NCBI RefSeq assembly: GCF_006345805.1
Contig: NW_021824490.1
Coordinates: forward strand, 1-18,217
Origin: Octopus sinensis
Taxonomy: Eukaryota
Length of the DNA: 18,217 nucleotides
Reading direction: 5' to 3'
A model generated the notes under the pieces. That model was not told where the DNA came from and searched no databases. It saw only the letters and a list, made by a program, of their open reading frames with translations. Positions 9,941-18,217 of this stretch are shown piece by piece. Positions within the stretch are counted from its first letter, which is position 1. The number at the start of each line of letters is the position of its first letter. The position numbers and the translations under genes were made by a program.

Positions 9941-10115
9941 GACAGCTTTTTCTGGGAACTCGGAATTACGTAATAACTATAATGGTCATAATTAGCAGAA
10001 GATGTGTGTAAAAAGTCATGGATATGCAGCCAGTAGATTGATGCATAGAAACGTTATCGTAATATCAGCTGACGAAGAAAGCCGGTATTACTGTAATTCC
10101 GGCTTCTTTCGTCAG
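9941..10115 (-). ncRNA. Interrupted hammerhead remnant, same family as 9333-9380
   Basis: Minus strand: CTGACGA (10115-10109)-AAGAAGCCGGAATTAC, about 120 bp of intervening sequence, then GTAATTCCGAGTTCCC-A-GAAA-AAGCTG-TC (9969-9941). Stem I is not recoverable. Confidence 0.4.
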
Positions 10116-10798
10116 GAGAGAAATATTGACAAATAGAAGTTTATATATTGGTGCGAGGCACGTAAAGGTTGGATGAGAGAAGATGAGTAAACACAGGGAG
10201 AGGGAAGATACAGGCTGTTTAGAGAGACGGGCGGAGAATTTGAGGAAGAGCAAGAAGTGATAAGAAATACAAATCGGGGAGCGAGAGGGGGAGGTAAGTA
10301 ATTACGAGATTGAATAAGAATAGAAGTGGTAAGTCGGAGGGAAGAGGGGAGGAGTGAGATGGGTCAATGTGATAAAAGGAGTCGCCGTTGATGGTTATGT
10401 TGTTTAGCATATGTTTAAATAATCAGGGATAGTTGAATCTATAGGAAACTAGAGGAAGAGTGAGTAGAGAATGGGGAAATTTCGAGGAATGAGGGCAGGG
10501 TAGCGGCAGGGGAAGATATGTTGAGGTAAGGAGAAAGGTATGAGAATAGAAAGATAGATAGATTGGTAGACAGACAGATAGGGAGAGCGATAGTGAGAGA
10601 GTGTGAAAGGGAAGGGAACATGGAAAAGGTGTTATACCTCTGCCCCAATGTACACTCCTCCCTGCTTATATCTTTCTTCTTGATGTTGACCTGCAATAAT
10701 CTTAGATCAGGGTTCGGAAAATGATCATTATTAATCTGTGGAATCTATGTGGTTATCCAAGTGGTCTATAAACTGGCCAAACATAAAACATTGGTGTA

Positions 10799-11015
10799 AT
10801 ATTGGTTTCAAATGTTGACACTGGACCAGCAATTTGGGGGGAGGGTGCAAGTCGATTACATCGTCCCCAGGACTCAGTTGCTACTTATTTTATCGACCCC
10901 GAAAGGATGAAAGGCAAACTCAAACTCGGCGCACTTTGAACTCGGAACGCAAAGACTGACGAAATGCTGCTAAGCATTTTGCCCGGCGTGCTGACGATTC
11001 TGTCAGCTCGCCGCC
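10799..11015 (-). mobile_element. tRNA-derived SINE, family B (Deu/Nin-domain-like)
   Basis: Head GGCGGCGAGCTGACAGAATCGTCAGCACGCCGG, B-box-like GAGTTCAAA, central GCCTTTCATCCTTTCGGGGTCGATAAAATAAGT resembling the Deu/Nin SINE domain. Confidence 0.85.
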
Positions 11016-12481
11016 TTAAATATCAATGTAATAGTAACTAGTATTTACCAAATGCATATTTCATATCAAATACTTCGAATATATGATAAATTTTTTTTTT
11101 TAAATCAATTTCGTTAGATATTTATTAAAAAGTGGTTGTGACAAAAGAACAGAGGATTTACTATTTTTAAATCGGATATTTTCTTTTGTTTTATTAATTA
11201 TACATTTTAAAATTTATTTTAGAAATTTACGTGATGGGGATCGGAAAGGTATCAATGATAATACCACCACCACCACCACTACCACCACCACCACCGCGAC
11301 AATCCTCCTCCTCCTGTTCCTACTACTTCTCATCATCGCGTTATTCCTTGAGTTTATACCAGTTTGCAAAAATTTCTCCAATGAATATTGAAATAGATAT
11401 CTTAATTGTCGAAGACAGTCTCAAAAATGTTTCAAAACTCTCAATGTCGCCTCTAATTAGGGAAGGTACAGTTATTTTCTCCGTCTTATGCAACCAGCAA
11501 GCGAATATCTTTATTTGAAATGTCAACAAATTTGACGTTGAAGAGGAAGAGAGCGGTGAGAGGCTGCCATGGCAGTTGTGGTAGCAGTTACGATGAAGTT
11601 GTCGTCTGCTTAAAAAATTTTGTTTGCCAAAGTGAAAAAGAAAGATTGTATCCGAAGATTTTGCGACTAATTATCATAACAAATACGTAGCTGTTAACTC
11701 TGACAACACCAATAATGATATGGTTCTATACAACTCTGAAACGGAAAATGGTACTGCTAGAAACAACAGCAATAACAATGACGAGAAAATTACCACCACA
11801 TGAGCATTAGTTACAACAACAGCAAAAACAACAACTAAAACAACAACAACAACAATAACAACAACAGCAACATCGGTGAAGAAAAATGCCAACAATAGAG
11901 GCAGCAACAAAATCAGGACGAAATATAAAATAATGGCGGATGGAAAACAAAGATTTTAACAATGACAAGTCTCCACTCCACAAAAGAAAGAATAAAAATC
12001 TCAGCAAATGAAGGAATGAAGCACAAGAATAAAAACAGCAACAATAGCAAAAGAAATATCAAGAATAAAGACGAAAACACCACTAATAACACCGACGACG
12101 AAAAGACTAGTGACTTGGAGAAATATAGCTGATTTGCAAAAGTCATTCGCAAGGAGTCCTAACATTTCGTTCAATTCAAGAACGAACGGCTAAGATAGTG
12201 CGGCCTTGGAGAAAGTGTTCTGAATGTGATTGTATTTGTGGAGAACCAGTTGAATCATTCACTAGGGAACACGGTGACCTACTGATTTGTATGAAATACG
12301 AAAGAAAGTGAAATAGATAGGAACATTCACAAACATCTGCATAGGTAGAAAAACGCAGCGCATGAAAAGTGTGTGTGAGCACCATTTGGCACTCCAAATA
12401 AAAACACAAAACAAAAACAGAGAGAAGTAGTGTGTCGATCGGTCGAAGTCTACTTGTGAGCGAGGAAGAAACAAAGTCAAA

Positions 12482-12688
12482 AAGAACGCCTATAACCCAT
12501 GTATCTTATAAGGAATTTAAGCTAATTCTTATCAATATGATAGGCTTGTCAACCGTCTTCGACACTTCCTCAAAATTACTTTATCAAACAGCAATTGATC
12601 CTTTGTTACACGTGATCCCTTCCTACAGCCTTTCTGCTCATCTGCTAGCAGTTCACTTCTTTTAAGATGGTCATTTAATTTCTTTCCC
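12482..12688 (-). mobile_element. R4/Dong-like reverse transcriptase fragment
   Basis: KKLNDHLKRSELLADEQKGCRKGSRVTKDQLLFDKVILRKCRRRLTSL, then frameshifted ID... and TWVIGVL; matches the EQKGC...TKDQLLID motif of this clade. Confidence 0.8.
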
Positions 12689-12699
12689 AATCGAACGGT

Positions 12700-13735
12700 G
12701 GTTACTGGCCAAGGCATCTTTAGATGGGTGATGACCCATAATGTGATGACTCATAAGGCGCCACCAGACTTAAATCAATGGATTTTAGCAGCAAAAGTAG
12801 AACATTGGCAGCCGTAAGGTTGGGAGCCTTGAAGTTGGGATACTTTCATGTTCTGACATAAGCTGGATTGACTTCTTAGAAGACGGCGTTGGATGATGGT
12901 CGGATACGTTATCAGGATACCTGATTATCATCTCTCGAGAATGATCTTCTTCGGAGAGCTATCAACCGGTGTTCGCCCACATGAGGGGTGGGGTCAAAGA
13001 AGAAGTTCAGGGATCATCTTAAGCTTGTCCTGAACACCGGCAACATTCAACCGGAGCTGCACACTTTGAACTAATCCAACAAAGGAACTGCACACTTTGA
13101 ACTAATCCGACGTGAGAAACTTGAAAAGCGACGCCAACGTCATCACAGACCCAACAACAACATAATGGACAACTTCTTTGTAATCTGTGTTCAAGGACAT
13201 GCCATTATAGGATCGGACTGTATTTACATATATCAACTCACAAAATGTATGATAAGACTCCTAGAGGACAACATCGCCATCAATATTGAACGGACATCTA
13301 AAAGCAAGTAAGGACTGACTTTTCTGGGAGCAACTCACCTGTTAGCATTAGTTGAATATCGGAAAGGCATCCTGGACGCATGCTAGACTTGTGTAACTGA
13401 CAGAAAGTATATGTAGAATCTTCTCAAACTTGCCCAAACGGTTCTACGTGACAGTTTATCGAACGGATTTCCTAAGTGCTTCACTGTGTACTTGGTAAAT
13501 GCATAGCAAGTGTCTGAGTATTTAGAGAGAATTTCAGTGCAACATGATCAAAATTCCGGACTACGGAATTCACAAGTTTTGGAATCTGTACGATAAAAAT
13601 TAAAACCCTGCGTGTTTTTTTCGTATTTTGACAGATGTCGAATTGTATCAGTTTAAGGAGAATGTTTGCACCAACAATCTCTTCATATCTCGGAAGATCT
13701 GTGAAAGTCAAGAGCACTGGTCTTTCTTTCAGATC
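12700..13735 (-). mobile_element. Very decayed RTE-like LINE remnant (tentative)
   Basis: Scattered manual translations in plausible RT order: ILLKLIQFDI..KNTQGF, PFDKLSRRTVWASLRRF, KEVVHYVVVGS, YGCQCST. Many stops and frameshifts. Confidence 0.35.
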
Positions 13736-13744
13736 ATAAGACGA

Positions 13745-13755
13745 CAACAACAACA

Positions 13756-13848
<93 letters not shown>

Positions 13849-13867
13849 GCAACAACTGCTGCTGCTG
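13745..13867. repeat. (CAA)n/(CAG)n tract followed by (CTG)4
   Basis: Direct reading; source of the poly-Q/L/C/V ORFs. Confidence 0.95.
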
Positions 13868-13981
13868 CTAAGAACGACAGTTGCACCAGTAATCGTCGGA
13901 GTTTTGGGGATAAAACCAAGTAACACTCTTAAACAATACTGTCAAATACCAGGAAAACCAGAAGTAAAAGTTCTACAAAAA
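13868..13981 (+). mobile_element. C-terminal end of an R4/Dong-like restriction-like endonuclease (RLE) domain
   Basis: LRTTVAPVIVGVLGIKPSNTLKQYCQIPGKPEVKVLQK matches the typical KT.VVPV(I/V)GALG...IPG....E(I/L)QK terminus; truncated by the SINE at 13981. Confidence 0.7.
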
Positions 13982-14254
13982 GACGTAGGACTGGCTCTGT
14001 GATAAGAAGCTTGTTTCCCAATCATACGATTTCGAGTTCAGTCCCACTGCTTGGCATCTTGGGCGAGTGTCTCCTGCTATAGCCTGAGGTCATTACGTTG
14101 AGTTCAAATTCCGCCGAGGTCGACTTTGCCTTTCATCCTTTCGGGGTCGATTAAATAAGTACCAGTTACGCACTGGGGTCGATGTAATCGACTTGATCCC
14201 TTTGTTCTTGTTTTCACCTCTATGTTTAGCTCCCTGTGGGCAATAAAGAAATAA
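13981..14254 (+). mobile_element. Chimeric SINE: family A head joined to family B body
   Basis: 13981-~14089 matches the family A head to CTATAGCC. From ~14093: TTACGTTGAGTTCAAATTCCGCCGAGGTCGACTTTGCCTTTCATCCTTTCGGGGTCG, family B. Confidence 0.8.
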
Positions 14255-14680
14255 ATATTCCTTAAATCCCTAGCTGTCACAATCTTGGAAGTCCCACAAT
14301 CGTATCGTTTCTTCCTTGGCGCTCATGCGGCTAAATAATTCATTATATCAATAAATGTTATAATATTATTATGGTTTTCTGTTAAATATATACTCAATGT
14401 ATGCTTAATACGTATCATAACCCTTCATTTTCTGAAAAAAATCTGTGGATGGGCTATTTTCATTCAAAAGGTGTTAGCGTAGTTCAGCCCCAAACTGAAG
14501 AATCTGAAATAAAGAAGAAAGGACGTTATACAGAACAATGAAAACATCACGATTGCGTTGCCAAATGTGCAAACCATCTGGGAAAAGTTTTATCAAAATC
14601 GATTCACAGAAAACCAAGAAATCTTAAAATTCACTCCTAATCTATCAGCGTGGTTCTGGGTGTAGTTGGATGGTCGTTGA

Positions 14681-15996
14681 CTGAATGAAATTGTCATCAG
14701 AATCCCAATTAAGGACATCACAAAGTTAAGTTCTTTGATGCATGCCACTACTTATGTCTTCACAGAGATGAGAATGTTCGAAGAAAAGAAAGTACAAAGA
14801 AACAAAGAACCGCTCAGGAAAAAGAGAATGGAAGTATTGATACATGGCGGATGGATTTCAGTAAAATCGAAGAAGAAGGAATATGAGGTTCAATGAAAGT
14901 ATAAAACAGAATTACATGAATAAGAAATACTACCTTGTGTATAAGAACACTCTGTTTATAACGGATATGTTAAAACAAAAGATCAAAGCGATTTCGGTTA
15001 AGATCAAAAGATACGAAGAAAGATTCCTACAGTTCAAAGAAAATCAACTGTTTAGAACAAATCAGAAGCTGTTCTATGGGAATCTGGGTGGAGGAGATAA
15101 GAAAAATGCAGAGTTATACGATCCAAAAGAAGCAACTTCGTTTTGGCGCAAGATCTGGTCAGACAACGTCAAACGCAACAACTGGGCACCCTGGCACCAT
15201 GAAGTGGAAGGATTCAAAGACATGGAGAAACAGGACAATGACATCGCGTTGGAATATATTGAAGTTGGATTTCGTTAGGTGAAAAATTGAAAGACAGCTA
15301 GTTCGGACCTCGTTCAAGGTTTTTAGTTGAAAGTTTTGACGAATTTACATCCTAAACTACTAAAACTCCTGCAAGGCTGTGTACACCAAAGAATTGTGCC
15401 AGAAGTGATGGTCAAAGAAATAACTGTGTTGATTCAGAAGGGGGCATCCAAAAGTGTCGTGACCAGCAACTATCGTCCGATTGCTTGTTTAGCTATGATG
15501 TGGAGGCTTCTAACTGGAATAACGAGAAAAGAATTGAACGATCATTCAGAAAGAACTGAACGTCTAGCGGATGAACTGAAAGGCTACATACGTTATGAGG
15601 AACTATTTTGATAGCAGGTGGAAGGGAAATTGGACAAGTCGACACCAAGAGGGGAATCGTTCTAGAAGATTCTCTACCACCTCTGCTGTTTATTGTTAGT
15701 ATGTTACTACTCTACATGGTTCTGGGGAAACTGGAAGCTGGCTACAAGCTGCAGGAAAATCTGAGACCAATTAACCACCTGTTGTTTATGGACGATTTGA
15801 AGTTTTATAGAGCTCGCAGGTTCCCTTATTAAGGCATTGGGAATTTTATGACATGACATCCAGATGGAATTTGGTCGAGGGAAATGCGCAGTTACTGAAC
15901 TGAGGAGGGCGAAAAGTAGACAGCGGTAGAGTACAACTTGCAGATGATGCGCGCATGAGAGAACTGAACGGAGAGAGTTACAAGCATCTTGGTGTT
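14681..15996 (+). mobile_element. Decayed R4/Dong-like non-LTR retrotransposon ORF (N-terminal region and RT) with an internal deletion
   Basis: LNEIVIRIPIKDIT..KEP; RYEERFLQFKENQLFRTNQKLFY..FWRKIWS; NYRPIACL..W.LLTG; KRGIVLEDSLPPLLF; INHLLFMDDLKFY (FMDD 15785-15796); DIQMEFGRGKCAV; ESYKHLGV (15973-15996). Confidence 0.9.
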
Positions 15997-16015
15997 TGGC
16001 CATTGGGCCAAATGA

Positions 16016-16042
16016 CTGACGATTCTGCCAGCTCGTCGGCTT
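16016..16042 (-). mobile_element. Isolated family B SINE head fragment
   Basis: CTGACGATTCTGCCAGCTCGTCGGCTT versus 10991-11017, 24/27 identical. Confidence 0.6.
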
Positions 16043-16049
16043 AATAATA

Positions 16050-16255
16050 GTAACCCTTACATTTTGAAGGAGGGATTAAGTCGATTACACCGATCCCTAG
16101 TGCTCAACAGATACTATTTGATTGACCCCTTAAAAATGTAAGCACAAAGTCTGGCTCGGTAGAATTTGAACTCAGGCCGCCGTAAAAACAGACGAAATAC
16201 CGCTCAACATTTTGGCCGGCGTGGCGTGCTAACGATTCTGCTACTTCACCACCTT
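16050..16255 (-). mobile_element. Diverged family B SINE
   Basis: Minus strand: GCAGAATCGTTAGCACGCCACGCCGG...GAGTTCAAATTC...GGGGTCAATC...GTAATCGACTTAATCC. Confidence 0.8.
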
Positions 16256-16432
16256 ACAACAACAACAAAGAAACATTCTTCATTAAAACTTTACTGACTT
16301 AGGATATCTACCATTTCTGCTAATATATTAATCGGTTGGCAGAGATAATGATGGAAGATTTCTGTAATATATCAGTTTGCTAGCAGAGATTTCAATAACC
16401 AAATACTGCGTTGCATACAAATTCAAATTCAC

Positions 16433-16476
16433 CAGTGGCAATGAGTGCACCATTTCTATTAAACTTGGCGTGTATT
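16433..16476 (-). CDS. Candidate 44-nt internal exon with a WD40-like peptide (IHAKFNRNGALIATG)
   Basis: Acceptor TTTTCTGTTTTAATTTTTCAAG, donor CTG|GTGAAT, open frame resembling the WD40 F(N/S)..G.LIATG strand. Non-repetitive context, but no partner exon confirmed. Confidence 0.3.
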
Positions 16477-16619
16477 CTTGAAAAATTAAAACAGAAAATA
16501 AAAAAAATAACAAAAACAACTAAATAAGGGTTCCCGTATTCACGTATTCATTCGTTAATTTCTACGTGAATGTATAACTATGCGTGAAAGCCTATACGCG
16601 CGAATATATGCGTGTGTTT

Positions 16620-16654
16620 GTATTGTTATATAATATATATATATATATATATAT

Positions 16655-16686
<32 letters not shown>

Positions 16687-17175
16687 ATGTATAAATATGT
16701 GTTATATATGTATAAATATATATATTATATATATATATATATTATATATATATATATGTATATATATATGTGTGTGTGCATATGTATAAATATATATATG
16801 TGTGGTGTATATGTATATATATATATATATGTGTGTTGTATAGTATATATATATATATGTATATGTATATATATATATGTATATATATATATAATACATA
16901 CATACATACATTACTTGTACTACATAGATGGCTCTCTCTATATATACGTATATATATATATAATTTATATATCTATGCATATGTGCATGTGTGTGAGCGT
17001 GTGAATGTTTGTGCGAATTTCTGTAAATATATATATATTATATATATATATATACACATATTTATACACACGCACACACACACACATGTATTTAATATAT
17101 ATATATAGTAACTCATATATATGTATACACACAAGCACACACAGACACACACAGAGACACACATATATATATTGC
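16620..17175. repeat. (TA)n/(TG)n/(CA)n mosaic
   Basis: Direct reading. Confidence 0.9.
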
Positions 17176-17456
17176 GTGTGCATGTGTATGGAGGTTCAAC
17201 TGAAGAATATTACACGCAAAGCTCCTGTGTGTTTCTATGCAAAACAAGCTGTATATCTTTGTTAAATCCTTCCGTGACAGTCACATTTCCAAAAAATGGC
17301 GGAAACTACCCAAAGTTCGTTCTTGTGTTGTCAGAAACAAATGATTGCTTTGAGGTATTCCGTTTCTTCTTTTCTTGTATTGTACGAAGATATGAATTCT
17401 TAGGTGGAAGGGAAAAGATGCGAGATGGGTTGTATAGATAGATAGAACAAAGAAAG

Positions 17457-17513
<57 letters not shown>

Positions 17514-17566
17514 AAGAGAGAAAGGGAGAGAGAGAGAGAGAGAGAAGAGAGAGAAAGGGAGAGAGG

Positions 17567-17601
<35 letters not shown>

Positions 17602-17620
17602 GAAAGAGAAAGGGAAAGGA
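17457..17620. repeat. (GA)n polypurine tract
   Basis: Direct reading. Confidence 0.95.
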
Positions 17621-17684
17621 TGTCAAAGAAGTTACAGATTGAAAATTATGGTATAAAAAGAGAGTAAGATGTACCTATGTATGT

Positions 17685-17748
17685 GTCGATATATATATAT
17701 ATATATATACAGATACACATACACACACACACATATATATACATATAC

Positions 17749-17793
<45 letters not shown>

Positions 17794-17940
17794 AGTCTAG
17801 ATTAATATATAATTATATAAAACACTTTTTAAACATTTTTTACCGATAATGGTTTTCCATACCAAAACTACTTGGTAAAACTTATTAATTATCAAATTAA
17901 TTAATTAGATTAATAATTATTTACCTATATCTCTAATGCT

Positions 17941-18005
<65 letters not shown>
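17685..18005. repeat. (TA)n/(CA)n tracts with an AT-rich spacer
   Basis: Direct reading. Confidence 0.85.
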
Positions 18006-18007
<2 letters not shown>

Positions 18008-18217
18008 GATATGTAGAAAAATACAAACTGAGACAAGAACGCATAAAAACTTAGAACGATACAAAAACACAGACAGGACATTCGAAGCCCTCAGTCTTCA
18101 GTCAAGAACCGGATCATCGTAGTAATTTCGGCTGATTAATCTTGAGATTACTAGAAACGGCCAGCCCTCCAGGAGAAACTAAGCAACGAGCATTAGAAAA
18201 ACTAAGCTAGGAGCGTA

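Noticed and set aside
11600-12150. N/T/Q-rich or V/L-rich ORFs
   Set aside because: Degenerate (AAC)-type repeat with internal stops on the plus strand.
13628-14002. Polyglutamine protein ORF
   Set aside because: Microsatellite read-through joining antisense LINE-like sequence, an RLE fragment and a SINE head.
14291-14308. Minus-strand TIRLWD as a second WD40 exon
   Set aside because: The nearest acceptor is out of phase with the 16433-16476 candidate, and there is no credible donor before the stop codon.
14495-15914. CTGAAGA-atct-GAAA (14495-14509) and CTGAGGA-gggc-GAAA (15900-15914) as hammerheads
   Set aside because: No room for stem II and no stem I or III; 15900 lies in LINE coding sequence and 14495 just upstream of it. 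CTGACGA at ~3830 (-) is likewise LINE coding sequence.
18091-18153. Minus-strand CTGAAGA, GAAA and TC boxes with complementary 6-bp segments
   Set aside because: The strand order is not a valid circular permutation of a hammerhead; simple nested hairpins explain the pairing, and the element is cut by the window end.

Overview
AT-rich, microsatellite-saturated animal DNA, probably intronic or intergenic. The SINE families resemble octopus/cephalopod repeats; this is recognition from memory, not a database result. No complete protein-coding gene is supported: nearly all supplied ORFs are microsatellite, SINE or decayed-LINE read-throughs. The window holds two tRNA-derived SINE families (plus a chimera of the two), four fragments of R4/Dong-like non-LTR retrotransposons, a very decayed RTE-like remnant and one weak WD40-like micro-exon candidate. 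The main signal is a cluster of seven minimal type I hammerhead-ribozyme (HHR) motifs between 46 and 10115, of about four sequence families. Six have a short palindromic or near-palindromic stem III of the dimer-dependent type known from Penelope-like-element (PLE) terminal repeats and animal retrozymes. They sit in: a 284-bp circularly permuted retrozyme-like monomer; a tRNA-headed (A/B-box) SINE with an HHR tail; and PLE-type terminal-repeat remnants. Three of these insertions share a diverging minus/plus inverted geometry. Most copies carry core or stem mutations; 9333-9380 looks the most intact. All structures were derived by eye and need covariance-model and cleavage tests.
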